From contig NC_043007.1 of NCBI RefSeq assembly GCF_006345805.1, positions 69,688,001-69,752,000 on the forward strand: 64,000 nt of DNA, written 5' to 3'. Origin of the DNA: Octopus sinensis. Its lineage: Eukaryota. The stretch's first letter is position 1. Each line of letters opens with the position of its first letter. Both the position numbers and the translations under genes were made by a program. The notes under the pieces are model-generated. The model was not told where the DNA came from, searched no databases, and saw nothing but the letters and a program-made list of their open reading frames with translations. This document shows positions 51,606-64,000 of this stretch, one piece after another.

Positions 51606-52224
51606 ACCCATAAGACCTCTTGACTGAGCAGTATATAGACTAAAGGAATAAGGAACTATGATAGAGGGAGAGGAGCAGATGTCAAAATGAAGAGGTGAAT
51701 ACAGGGCTTGCCCCCTTGGAAAATGAGAAAGAAGGAGATGCAAGATTCAGGTACAAGATGGAATAAAGACAGAAGAGGATAGAAGAAGGTAAAAGGTGAA
51801 TGTGCAAGTGCACTGAGTGAAAATAACGGGACAGATGATTGGAGATAAGGAATGAGTTAGATGCAGAGGACATCAGTGCAGTCCAGGGGAAACTGAAGGA
51901 AATAGGGTAACATAGAAGACTGATAGAAAATGGGTGTTAGAAAATAAGTTATCAGGGCAGGCTTGACAGAACCTCAATTCTGTTGAGATGGATAGGTCTT
52001 TTCAAGCACAAAATACTGCCATCCATCTCATTCCCCCATCATCTCCTCTAGCATATGGGTGTGTGTATGTGTGTGTGTACTTAGATATATGTTGGGGCTA
52101 CACACTCATTCACAATATTATAGACACAGACATACACACAAACACATATGCATCCATCCATATCTATAATGCATACAATATATTATACATACAATATAAG
52201 GCAGTAATATTAGGCATACAATAT

Positions 52225-52410
52225 ATGGCAGAAACGATAGCTTAGTGGTATTTCGCCTGTCTTTACGTTCTGAGTTCAAATTCTGCGAAGGTCGACTTTG
52301 CCTTTCATCCTTTCGGGATTGATAAATTAAGTACCAGTTGTGTACTGGGGCTGACCTAATCGACTAGCCCCACCCCCAAAAAATTCCAGGCCTTTTGCCG
52401 AGAGAAGAAA
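52225..52410 (+). mobile_element. SINE family C
   Basis: tttacgttctgagttcaaattctgcgaaggtcgactttgcctttcatcctttcgggattgataaattaagtaccagt. Confidence 0.85.
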
Positions 52411-53234
52411 ATATGTATAATGTGTGTGCATATATATATATTAGATAACATATCCTCATCATTTATATAATATATATATATACATTTCATTGCTATTATG
52501 TTAAACTGTCCTATGTCCAAATTTGGCCAAATGTACTTTTTTCAACATTTATTTTTGCTTGCAATAGCCAGTTCTTTCGGTCAAACTTTCATATCTCCAG
52601 CAGCTTCAGAAGCCAAGATATCAAAAATTGCCAAAGTGTAGTACAACAGTTTTGCTATGGAATGGTGAAATTAGTTTTTCATTTTCTGAAAAAGCAACGT
52701 TTTGGACTTACGACACTTTTGCATAATAGCAACGATATATATTATACATCTATAGATCTTGCACAGATATCATCATCATCATTATAATATTATTCTCAGG
52801 TCTACTTTTTCATGCTTACACAGGCCTGACGAAATTCATCAAAGCAGCTTCTCTATAGCTGGTTGCTCTTCCTGTCACCACACCATACTGTTTCCAAGCA
52901 AAGTATTATTTCCACTCATCCTTTGAACATGTACAACACCCATAGCTAGACATGTTTTCATAGAAGATTGCAAATAACTGGCCATAATTGTAAAATAAAG
53001 ACACAACCTGGTACCATACAGGACTTTAGCAGAGACTGCTATGTCACAACCAGTGAAGTCAGGCTTCACGTTTAAGGCCCTACATATATGAATATACCTA
53101 CATAAGCAACAGGCTTTAGTCTCAAGGTCAAATAGAGGCAAAAAGAGATGCTTTCCCAGGCTACCACACTGTGGGACAGGACTCAAACTATTTGGCTATG
53201 AAGCAAACTTCTCAAAAACAAAAGTAAATATACA

Positions 53235-53570
53235 TCGTCATTTAGCATCCACTTTTCCATACCTGTAAAAGTTGGATGAATGAAGTAGATGTTAACCTCA
53301 TCACCTGGCACAAAGCCACCTCCCTCAATAATACTCCCCCACATCAGTTGAGAGTCTAGTCTTGCAAGTTACTCAGTGCCCTCACTGATGCTAGTGCCAA
53401 ATAAATGGCACCCAGTACACTCTGTGACGTGGTTAGTGTTAGGAAGGACACCCAGCTGCAGACACCAGGCTAAAGCAGACAGTAGAGCTTGGCACCGCTC
53501 TCTGACTTGCCAGCTTCTGCCAAAGCAACCAACCCATGACAGCATGAAAAGCAGATGTTAAATGATGATG
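53235..53570 (+). mobile_element. RTE-tail SINE (plus an adjacent opposite-strand fragment)
   Basis: cacccagtacactctgtgacgtggttagtgttaggaaggacacccagctg...cagcatgaaaagcagatgttaaatgatgatg. Confidence 0.7.
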
Positions 53571-54404
53571 TTATGTGTATGTGTGTGTGTGTGTGTGTGT
53601 GTATGAATTTACCAGTCTTTTCTAATAAACGCTATGCATGACATTTGAATTCAAAACCTAAATGTGTAAATAGAGGTTGACACATTATTCTTGCCAGTTG
53701 GGATACATGTAAGCCCCAAGGTAAGGTCTTGCATTGATTTCTATCCACAGGAATATTCCCCTGATGAAACAAATGGGACACTTAATAGGTTCCTAATGTT
53801 AAAATTGCAATAAGGAATTAACTATTTATTTTTAACTTGTGGATTCTATATGTCATGTCATCCACAGACAAATTTTATTGTGAGGAGAAATAATATGAGT
53901 GATAATAGTGGCTTTGTAGTGGTTTTGACTGCTATTTCTAAATATGTAAGGGTTTTTGAAACCCGCTTAGTTATAATAGTGACTTGTTCATAATTACAAG
54001 CATTCTTCTTATATATATTGTTTGTATGTATGTTTTACAAATAGCTTGCACATGCAAGTGCTACCAGTCAAGAACTCCGCATACTGGAAGCTAGCAAGTG
54101 TATGGGGGTCATCAGGAGAGAATGTGCGCTGTTTTGGGGCCTACCTCTCGACAGCATCAATGCACACTGGCCCCCTTCATAAAATGAGGCCCTGCTTGCT
54201 AGATCAACTGGTTATCAAATAAAGCTCAATATTCTTCTAGCCATCGCTCATTGTCTCTTTTTAACCAAATCCAGTGGCTAGCCTTTTCCACTATAGTTTG
54301 GATATCGGTCATGGTATGTATGTATGATGTATGTATGTATGATGTATGTATGTATGATGTATGTATGTATGATGTATGTATGTATGTATGATGTATGTAT
54401 GTAA

Positions 54405-54436
<32 letters not shown>

Positions 54437-55646
54437 TTGTATATGTATATATATATATGTGTGTGTGTGTAAGATTAGAGGCTTCGAATGACCCGTCCGT
54501 CTTTTGTGTCGTCTGAGTGTTTTGCATTCTTGTCCCATTTTGTATTTTTATATATATATTTTTATACATATATATGTGTGTGTGTGTGTGTATGTATGTA
54601 TATATACACACACACAACAGGAAAAAAGTTTGAACAGGCAATCTCAATGTATCAAATTTATAACATTATTCCATTTCTGCACTTAAGGTCGAAGTTTAGG
54701 TCCTTTAATTGGGCTGAGCACTCATCCTATGTACCTAAGTCATTAGGTGTCTTCTTCCCCACTATATATATATATATATAACATTAGGAGGAATGAGATA
54801 AATATATTTATTTCACCAGTTGATATCCAAAGGATGATGATTGGTTTGCAGTCAATATCATGGAAAAATAATTTATTCTAGTGTACCCCGCACTAGTGTG
54901 TTATAAACTGCCACCGAATTAGATAAATCCATATACTGTGTATTATAGATTGGTAGGGAGATAAATGAACACAGCGCTGACTCAGATGTGGGATCAGAAC
55001 TCCATTGTGAGGGGACCTTGCTAACCTCTCTCCATCTTCTTGAACTCACTCTCTTATCTCCTCTTACTGTTCCTAGCTTCAACACTCCCCACACCCCCAC
55101 TGAGCCTCCTACTCCCTCAAATACTGCTTGCTCTCCACATTTAAGCATTCCACCTTTAAACTACCTTGCTTCCATAACTGGCTGAATATTTTGGGGAACT
55201 CCAAGCCCCCAGAAACAGCTGTTGGACTTATAACACCTTACTGCCTTCCCTTTAATTTTTCTGTCATTTGTACCCTAAGTTTGAGCTATTACTATATAAA
55301 TATATATATTTATACTTAAATATTCATCTAAAAATCTCCGGTCTTTGCTTTCTTTCTGTTTGCATGTATACACACACACATACACACACACTCAAGCCAT
55401 TATATTTAATTTCTTTATCTGCATAATTGCCTCCATATCTGCTCACCTGGATTCCTCTCCCCCATGGAATGGGCCGCTTGTAAAGACATCGCAGTCTAAG
55501 TTTAAAATCATTTCAGCACTACTAAGTGTTTTCTATACTGGGAATCTCTGGATCTCATCAGTCGACTATATATAATGCACATCTAGACACTATACAGGCA
55601 ACTCTACACACACATCATGCATACATGTGTATATTATATCTAAATA

Positions 55647-56562
55647 CAAGGAGGTATCAAAAAATTCCCAGATTAGTTCTGTAGGACACCAGCAGATAGC
55701 AGCACTCAGTTGCATGCACAGTGAGAGCTAGCAGTGGCCTTCATGAGGCAGTGTGCCAGGTGACATCACTGTTTACTTCACAAGTAGTGAAATTTGTGTT
55801 TTTGTGATCATGTGTATGTTGTAGTTTGTGATTTTTGTCAGACAGGAAGTTGGAACAAAGAGCCAATATGAAATTTAGCATTAAACTTGGGAAGTCTGCA
55901 ACAGAGACATTGAGCATGCTTCAGCAAGCTTACAATGATGAGGTAATGGGTTGTACACAATGTTTCAAGAGACAGGCATTTCAAAAGTGGTAGAACGTTC
56001 CTGGGAGACAATGAGAAAACTGGAAAACCTGCTACAAGCGTCATCCATGGAAATATGGAGGACATTCATTAGCTTATGCAATGTGGATAATCAGAGGACA
56101 ATCATTGCTGTTTTGAAGTATTAGAGTGGGGAGGGGGGCATTCAGTGAAAGTGACTGGATCTGTTGAGTGTGAAGAATTGAATTCTTTATGATGACAATG
56201 TTAACACCTTGTCGCCAAACTCTCCTCACTCATGAGTTTCTCACCAAAAACAACATGGTTTCATTTCCGCACCAGCCCTATTTGCCAGATTTAGCACCTG
56301 CAGACTTCTATCTCTTCCCCAAGATGAAAATGTAGCTCAACAGTCACTGGTTTAACATCGTTGATGAGATCAAGAGCAAATTGTAGGTCTTCAACTCGCT
56401 TACAGAAAACAACTTCCAGGCCAGATTCCCAAAGTGGCAGGAACACTGGGACCAGTGCATTACTGCACAAGGTGACTATTTCAAAGTAAATGATGTTAAA
56501 ACTTAAGTAAAGTTATTTTTTTATCAAACATAATTAGTCTGAGAACTTTTTGGAACCACCTC
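55647..56562 (+). mobile_element. Internally deleted mariner element
   Basis: Degenerate TIRs gaggtatcaaaaaattcccagattag / ttagtctgagaactttttggaaccacctc. Motifs EQRANMKFSIKLGKSATETLSMLQQAY and HQPYLPDLAPADFYLFPKMK. Confidence 0.9.
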
Positions 56563-56574
56563 AGCTGAATGTAT

Positions 56575-57340
56575 AGTAAAATTAAGAGAAATTTCAGGTG
56601 TGGAAGAAAGGAGACAAATTACTAAACCCTTCAGTGAAATGGCCCTGCTTGATATATAGAAAAGGTATAGGTAGAAATTCCATACAGTGTACCCAATGCA
56701 AGCTATTGGCACGAGAAGTGCAGTGGAATCATAGGAAGGTTAACAGAGAAGAATGTGACAGATGTGCAGGAGAGATAAACATCAAGAACACAGAGGAAAC
56801 CGATTTCTTCAAATACCTAGGAGGATTTTTAGAGGTAGTAGATAGTTTCTGTTGCTTAAATGATCAAGTTAGCAGTGGAGGACCATGCTCTAAAAGTGTA
56901 GTCATTAGAATAAGAACCAGCTGGGGAAAACTCAGAGAGCTTTTACCTTTGTTGGTAATATAGGGCCCCATCATCAGAATTAAAGAGGATATACGAAGGC
57001 GTGAAAAAAAAATGAAGCTAGCATGCTCTGCTGGATGTGCATTGTCTTTGAGCATGTATGACAAAGTGTATTTTTGAAATAGGAAAAAGCTGGGCATAAG
57101 AAGAATCAGATGTAGTATGTAATAGGGAGAACTGCATTGGTATAGTCATGTGATGCATATGGATGAAGGCAACTGCATAAAAAAGTGCTAATCTATAAAT
57201 GTGAAAGGAACTTGTAGATGAAGAAGACCCAGGAAGATATGAGATGAAGTGGTGAAAAATGACCTTCATATGTTGAACTCCACAAAAGAGATGAAAAAGG
57301 ACCAAGATGATAGGCCATTTGCAGTGTTTGAAAATACCAA
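56575..57340 (+). mobile_element. RTE LINE 3' half remnant
   Basis: KWPCLIYRKGIGRNSIQCTQCK, LEVVDSFCCL.DQVSSGG.CSKSVVIRIRTSWGKLRELLPLL, and a C-terminal HWYSHVMHMD...RPRKI*DEVVKNDL segment. Confidence 0.9.
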
Positions 57341-57699
57341 TAAATCTAAGAAATGTGGGCCCCAAAGGTATGTCATTTATATCTATACTCCTGCACACAA
57401 TCTAACCCTGACAAATACTCATCTTCCTATCTTCTAACTCATTGCATTCCATCTCCCACTCTTTCACACTCTCACAACTTACTTGCCCACTCATCTTACC
57501 CAACCCTCTGTACCACTTATATACACCCCACTTTAACTTGAAGGTAAACCAGGACATCTTCACCACTACTTTCACTTTTTCCAATTGGGTTAGTTTCTCT
57601 ACTGCAAGACACCCATTTCTGTTCCTCTGTCACATGTTATCTTTCCATCATCAGGTACAAAGCCACCACTCTCAATACTTTTCTCCCCCAACTCATTTC

Positions 57700-57920
57700 T
57701 GGGGTGTTGTCTTGCAAGTTACTCAGTGACCTTGCTGATGTGAGTGCCATGTAAAAAGCACCCAGTACACACTAATAAGTGGTTGGCATCAGGAAGGGGC
57801 ATCCAGCTGTCGAAATCATGCCAAAACAGGCAACAGAGCTTGGTGGAGACCTCTGGTTCACCAGTTCCTATCGAACTCAAGTCTTGATGGAAAGCCGACT
57901 TTAAACAATGATGATGATGA
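57700..57920 (+). mobile_element. RTE-tail SINE
   Basis: gtgccatgtaaaaagcacccagtacac...gtggttggcatcaggaaggggcatccagctgt...tttaaacaatgatgatgatg. Confidence 0.75.
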
Positions 57921-58103
57921 TTAAGTATATATATATCATACATATCTATATTATTTACACATTTATTACACAGTTACATATACATACATACCAACCCACA
58001 CATACTTATTATACATGTAATGAGCAATAAAGAAAAATAATTAAAAAAAAAACAGTGGAGGGACAAGTTTTAACAGATTCTATATTAGCTTGATACTTTA
58101 AAG

Positions 58104-58386
58104 CAGGGGTTCTCAAGCATTTTTTTATCTATGAACCCCTTTGAGTACTGTTTTATTCCAGTGGACTCCCTTAGCCATTTCATGTTTAAAATCTAGTTGT
58201 ATAGAAACTTCTTTCAAAATTCCCATTTTGTTTTTCACACACTAACTTGTGTAGGTTGAACAATATATACATACCACGACATACATCTAAAGCAAAATTT
58301 TTTGAGGGACCTTTAAAATGTTTTTGGAACTCCAAAAATCTTATAAGGACCTCAGGGGCCATTTGGATTCCAGTTGAGAATTAGTG
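58104..58386. mobile_element. hAT (Charlie-type) MITE
   Basis: Termini caggggttctcaa / ttgagaattagtg, flanked by ctttaaag and cttcaaag (7/8 match, 8-bp TSD). Confidence 0.7.
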
Positions 58387-58439
58387 CTTCAAAGGAAAGA
58401 AAAATAGTTTTAATGATTTGGATGTTAGTTCATCAGGGG

Positions 58440-59200
58440 AAAGAGAAAAGCATGGAGAAGGGATTGAGAAAAAGGGAACAGTCAGTAAAAGAAGAAAGAA
58501 ACAAAGTGTATGGAGTTAGGAATCAGGTGGGAATGTCCTTCTACGGTAGTGGGGTGAGAATGGAGGAAGGGATGTATGTGCAAGTATAGGGGTGAGTCTG
58601 TGTTTACAGATAGACATATGGGATAGTTTGTGTGTGTGTGCTTGCATATATGTGGAAGTAGTGTGTAGATTGGTGTGGGTGTGAGGTTTTAGAGAGTATG
58701 AAGAAGCATGGATGTGGAAGAGGTAGGGAACAGACATAAATGAGAGGTAAAAGGTAAGGTAAGGGAAATGTGGAGGGTACAATAGAAGTATGCGTGCATG
58801 CATGTGTACATGCATGCAAAGGTATGAATGTGAGGCAGTATTACATGAAAGGAAGGTATGAACTGCAAGAAGTGAAAGTGTTTTGTAATTAACTTTTCTT
58901 TCACTTCTTTTCCAGAATTTATACCATTTCTTTCACTTCATACAGTTCATAATGTTAACACATTCATACCTTTATGCACCAACACACACACACACCACTA
59001 TCTCATATGCCCATCTCTGAACACATATACACTCTTATACTTGCACATATACACGTCCCTTCTTCCCTTCTCACTTCATCCTTGTTAGAACCACATTCCC
59101 ACCTGGTTCCCAACTCCACACCCTCTTTTTCCTTCTTTCCTTTTCTCTTACTGAATGTTCCTTTTCCCCACCCTCCTCTCCCTACTGTTTTCTTCTCTAA
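58440..59200. repeat. Old polypurine/polypyrimidine inverted repeat centred near 58900
   Basis: For example ggagttaggaatcaggtgggaatgt mirrors acattcccacctggttcccaactcc, and gaagggatgtatgtgcaagtata mirrors tatacttgcacatatacacgtcccttc. The left arm has ~170 extra bp. Confidence 0.75.
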
Positions 59201-60426
59201 GATGAAGGACCAACATCTAAACCATTAAGATGGTCTCTTTAAAGTATCAAGCTAATACAGAATTTTTAAACCTCGTCCCTTCGCCATTATTTTTTTTTTT
59301 AATTAAGTTTTCTTTCTTTTATTGCTCATTGCATTTAAATATATTTTAATGCTTATACAGACCTCTTATATATCTATATATACTACGAGACAAACAGGGG
59401 TATGTTATCTAGCAAGGTAGGAGACTTAATATAATAAGGTAGGAGGCTTTATATATAACATGTTAGTATAACATGTGAAGATGGTTAAATAAATTTAATA
59501 ATTACCTTCCATATAAATTTATGCTGAAATATATAGGCAGAAAATAAACAGCTGAGGTTTCAAACTTTTTCTATGCTATATACTATGCTATATGCTTTAT
59601 TTCTGAAAGTTATTTTAAAAAGCTTTTGTTGACATGTATAATATTGTCTTATATACTTGTTTGTATATTTTATGCTTGCAAAGATTGATTTTCAATTTGG
59701 AATGCTATGAAGATATATTAAACATAGCTGTTTTACCTGTTGATAGAATAGACCATTTAAAAAAATTTTTTTTTTTTTTGCTGGTCAATTCTAGTGATTA
59801 GATATTCAATAAAGTAACTCAGAGAAAATTAGCCATTACAATGGTATAAATCCCATTATTTGTCAAGTTAATTTTTGGTTTCAAACACTAATACAAGAAA
59901 AGTTCCTTTAAAACAGGGGTTTGCAAACCAACAAATATCTATCCCTACAAAAAATAGCAGGGAAAATATTTTTGTTTCCCTTCTTATAAATGGGAAGACT
60001 ATATAGTTCGCATTCATATAACTAATCATGGTGGTCTAGGATAAGTTTAAAATATTAAAGCCTCAATGCTATTAGACACAGCAAAAGGTCTACTACATTC
60101 CAGTCAACAAATACTGTCATGAGGAATGGAGGACTGGTCTACCCTGCAGGAAATATTATTTAAATCACTGAAAGTGATAAATGGAAAGGTGATAATTCTA
60201 AAATTTTTCTTCATTTAATTAATGGTTCATTTCCTCAGCTTACTGGAGAGGACCACACAGAGAATGAGGAAAAAAATACAGGAATTTATTAGCAATTATG
60301 ATAAGACAAATGCTTTTAATGTTCATAGAAGATAATTCTTTGCTAATTTACAGCAGCAACTGTGTATGAGGAAAGGGAAAGAAAGATGGGGAGGAAAAAG
60401 AGACAGAGTTACTTATAAAACAGGTA

Positions 60427-60806
60427 CACTACCGTCAGAAATTAATTAGCACCCTTGATTTGCTCTTCACTCAAGGTATGTGCTGTCACCTAGTGGCCAT
60501 ATCTCGAACTATTGCTTTGTTGCAAGTTCACTGTTGCGCAGAACGATGACGTAACTTTGTTTGCAGAGCAGTTTGAGAGTCTACAGCCTTATGATGTTGA
60601 CATAGCAGTGCAACAACAACTTGGAGTGCGGATGCAGACAAATCTTCCTTTGTTTAATAGATATAGGTAGCGCCTCGCAAGGACCGAAATCACACCATAC
60701 TAAGTTTTCTCATCGCGTAAGACGTTTTGAACAGCTCATAGGTTAATTGATTTAACCTATTTAATGTAGAAATTTGAGAAGTGCTAATTAATTTCTGACG
60801 CAAGTG
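60427..60806. mobile_element. Tc1-family non-autonomous element
   Basis: TA on both flanks. The 26-bp TIRs cactaccgtcagaaattaattagcac match at 24/26. The interior is CpG-rich with no long ORF. Confidence 0.9.
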
Positions 60807-60920
60807 TATAAAGAATTCTCAAACATAAAGTGATCAGTTCTATTTTTATAAAATATTACAAAAATTAGTCACATCTTGAATAATCTTAAAAGGGAACCCA
60901 ACTCAATGAGAGAATCTTAA

Positions 60921-61141
60921 CCCTTTCGATACCAACCCAGCTGAAACCAGCTCAGGCACTGTAGTATAAATGTCTTGTTTTCAAAAGTTCTGAATTAAAA
61001 TCTTCCACCACATCTTAATCAGAATTTATGTTCCTAACACTAGCTTAATGATAACGAAGTTATTTTACCAAATTCTTTGTTATATCTAAAGTAATTGAAA
61101 GAAATACAGAGCATCTCAAAATAAATACAGTAATGAAAGGG
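60921..61141. mobile_element. piggyBac-type MITE (same family as 13425-13643)
   Basis: TTAA flanks at 60917-20 and 61142-45, with termini ccctttcgatac / gtaatgaaaggg. Confidence 0.92.
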
Positions 61142-61529
61142 TTAATGCAGTTCACAAACCTAGCAGGAAATAGCAGCCAAACATTCTTCAACTCAAACAT
61201 TAACATATTCAAAAAAGGTAAATTATAGCTATTGAATAGAAAATTCTTGAAAAAAATGTTCAGGAGTAAAATGCCTTTGAATTGAAGTCAGTACAAACAA
61301 GTTGGACTCAGCTGTTAACTACAAAGCTAATTGTAACTAGAGGACAGTTCATATGCATATTACATATCTTTGGTTCTAACATCACAAGTAGTAAAAGATA
61401 GACATATCTAAATTTCGAGAAGTACAATTCACCCTCATATACAATTTGCATTTACAATTTGATGTTATGGTTCAAGAGAGAAAACAGCATCTTATATATA
61501 TATATATATATATGAATTAAAGTAGTTTC

Positions 61530-61940
61530 AACTCACGAGTTGTGGCCATGTTGGGGCACCATATTTTTTTACTTGTTTGTCATTAGACAGTGGCCATGAT
61601 GGGACACTATCTTGAAGAATTTTAGTTGAACAAGTCAATCCCAGCACATTTTTTTTTAACCTGGTACTTATTCTATTGGTCTCTTTTTGCCAAACTGCTA
61701 GGTTACATGGACAAAAACACACCAACAACACCAGCTGTCAAGTGGTGGTGGGAGACAGACAAAGACATGCACATGCATACACACACACACACACACAACA
61801 GCCTTCTTTCTGTTTCTGTCTATCAAATCCACTCAAGGTTTTTGCCCAGCTCAAGGTTACAATAAGGTGCCAAGTAGTGAACCTGAAACCATGTGGTTGG
61901 AAAGCAAACTAATAAACCACACTGACACACCCGCACCTAA
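61530..61940 (-). mobile_element. tRNA-derived SINE (family A, long form)
   Basis: ggtacttattctattggtctctttttgccaaactgctagg...ccttctttctgtttctgtctatcaaatccactcaagg...accatgtggttggaaagcaaac. Confidence 0.8.
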
Positions 61941-63039
61941 ACATAGATAGGTACAGTGTATAGAAATATTTATGTACATATATATACACACATATATACA
62001 TGTATATAGTTATATGTACACACACACACACGTGTGCACAGACACATTTATATACATATGCATACCCATGCATAAATAGATAAAGAAGTTCTCTTCAGTA
62101 TTCCACGATTAGAGATATAGTTCTGATATGTGAACGCTTTCCACTTGTATCCATGCAGCGACCAAAACCTTGTGAGTGAAATTAGCACACACACACAAAC
62201 CACCAGTTACAACTATATGATGGTACTGCTGACTAGAAACACTCCAAAAATGATGACCTCTCTCCAGACAAATATTGGAGACTCAGATACTATCATCAAG
62301 TGCAAAGTGAACCACTGGCTACAATGACTAATCAAACTGCCAAAGAGATATAACCATAACCTTAAACATGAGCTGTGAGTGGTAAGTAAAAATCTTCAAT
62401 TTACTAAGAAGTAACTAGCAATAATCCCACAAGTGGTATATCACATATGAAAGGCATCACATTCAAGGTTATAAATGGCTTTCTCCAGAATGATCTAGTC
62501 AGTTTAGATTGGGATCTGGAACATAATTACATTTCATTGCAGTTTTAATGTTTGTTTAAGAAATATACAATGTAGTAACTTATCTGTTTGCAGAAATAAA
62601 GAAAGGATTTGGGGCTGTGTTGAACAACAACTTGTCAAGAAAACTGTCCTTAAGGAAGAGCAAAGCAATACTACTGAAATATACTGAATGTATGGCTACA
62701 CTATAAGATGGCATTTGACTGTTCCTCATTCATGGGTAATAGAATCACTATGCCTTGCAAAGGTTGGAACTGCCATAGTTGATGTTCTTAAGAGACTGAT
62801 AACATAGTTTATAGAACTATTAAGAAGAACAAAAGCTATTGCTATAGTCACTAAGCTATGTCACCTAGATTTCTGTGATGCAACTCATCTAAGAATTTAC
62901 AACACATACTTCACAGAAACTAGTCAGTCACATCATCACCTACCTTATGCTGACCCCACAGAAGGTCCAGCAATTCATCTACCTGAATAGTTATTCACAT
63001 AAGACAGGAAGATATCAGACATGATGACTGCTATTATCA

Positions 63040-64000
63040 TTGCAAACTTCTGTAAGGGCAAAGGAGATGATTTAGAAAGAGGAAAATACAGAAGAATCAA
63101 GTTGTTAGCCCAGGCTCAGAAATTCAAAGAAGAGAGAGTGAGTGGGGGAGTATGTCAGAGTACAATTAATCAGAGACGGTCAGTTTAGATTAAATGCAAG
63201 TAGGCTTTGTATCTAAAAAAGGTTCCACAGATGCAATGTTCCTAGTAACACAATTACAGGAGAAATATTTGGCTAAGAGTCAACCATCTTGCCTAGAAAA
63301 TGATGACCTGGAGAAGGTCTTTGACAGAGTACCATGCGCTGCAATCAGCTGGTCACTAAAACAACTAGATGTAGATGAATGGTTTATGAGAGCTGTTCAA
63401 GCTATGTACAAAGATAGATGTAAGTATGGATCAACGATTGGTTCAGGGATGAATTTAGTATGAAGATGGGGTTCCATCAAGGCTCAGTCCTCAGTCCTTC
63501 CTTATTTATCATAGTCCTATAAGCCATCACAGAGAAGTTTGAGAATGGCTGTCCACGAGAATACCTACATACTGATGATATAGTTCTCATACCTGAATCT
63601 ATGGTGGAATTAAAGAAATTGTAGGCATGAAAGAAAAGCCTGAAACTAAGAACCTTTATGATAAGCTTACCTAAGACTCAAGTGTTAATAAGTAGGAAAG
63701 ATAACAGGACCTCTGTACTGGCAGGGAAATAGTATGATACATAAGAAGGGAGCAGGTATAAAACTTCAAAAAGTGTAGCTAATGTAGGCTACAAACATAC
63801 AAGAAATGGAGTGGGATCACAAATAGACTAACAGAAAAAGCTTGCTTTATATGTGGGAGATGCAGTGGAACAATATGGACCAAGAGCAGCTCACTGGAAG
63901 TAGTCAATAGTCTGTTTCCTAGATGACATAATTAGCAGGAAAGGAGTGATTGTTCAGAAAACACAGTAGCCAGGGTAAGAATGAATTAGAGAAAATCTGT
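63040..64000 (+). mobile_element. RTE LINE reverse-transcriptase region (decayed, runs off window)
   Basis: MQVGFVSKKGSTDAMFLVTQLQEKYLAK..DLEKVFDRVP...VDEWFMRAVQAMY, GFHQGSVLSPSLFIIVL, HTDDIVL, SGITNRLTEK..ICGRCSG. Confidence 0.95.

Noticed and set aside
60230-60335. Short exon-like frames on both strands near a strong polypyrimidine tract
   Set aside because: All minus frames stop immediately, and the plus frame is only ~31 codons with no donor support.
1-64000. CRISPR arrays, rRNA genes or prokaryotic operons
   Set aside because: None seen. The sequence is eukaryotic repeat-rich DNA with no regular repeat-spacer array.

Overview
AT-rich, repeat-dense animal genomic DNA. It is mostly intronic and full of (TA)n/(CA)n microsatellites. 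The SINE families look like those I recall from Octopus/coleoid cephalopods, but the taxon is an inference. Almost all ORFs in the supplied track are spurious or transposon debris. The window holds decayed mariner/Tc1, hAT, RTE and CR1/L2 copies, about 20 tRNA- or RTE-tail SINEs, piggyBac/hAT/Tc1 MITEs with intact target-site duplications (TSDs), a 969-bp Merlin-like long-TIR element and an ~840-bp tandem duplication. A few widely spaced candidate exons of an unidentified minus-strand gene are present, the best at 42248-42409. The most notable signal is a set of minimal type I hammerhead ribozyme motifs: seven copies from four unrelated repeat families. Each has a palindromic, loop-less stem III, typical of the dimer-cleaving hammerheads of Penelope-like elements, and most lie in inverted-repeat elements. 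One family has the core C3-G8 pair swapped to G3-C8 (GUGAACA), so a standard CUGANGA search would miss it. Another family is joined to a tRNA-derived Pol III promoter. All folds and alignments were done by eye, and the edges of old repeats are approximate.
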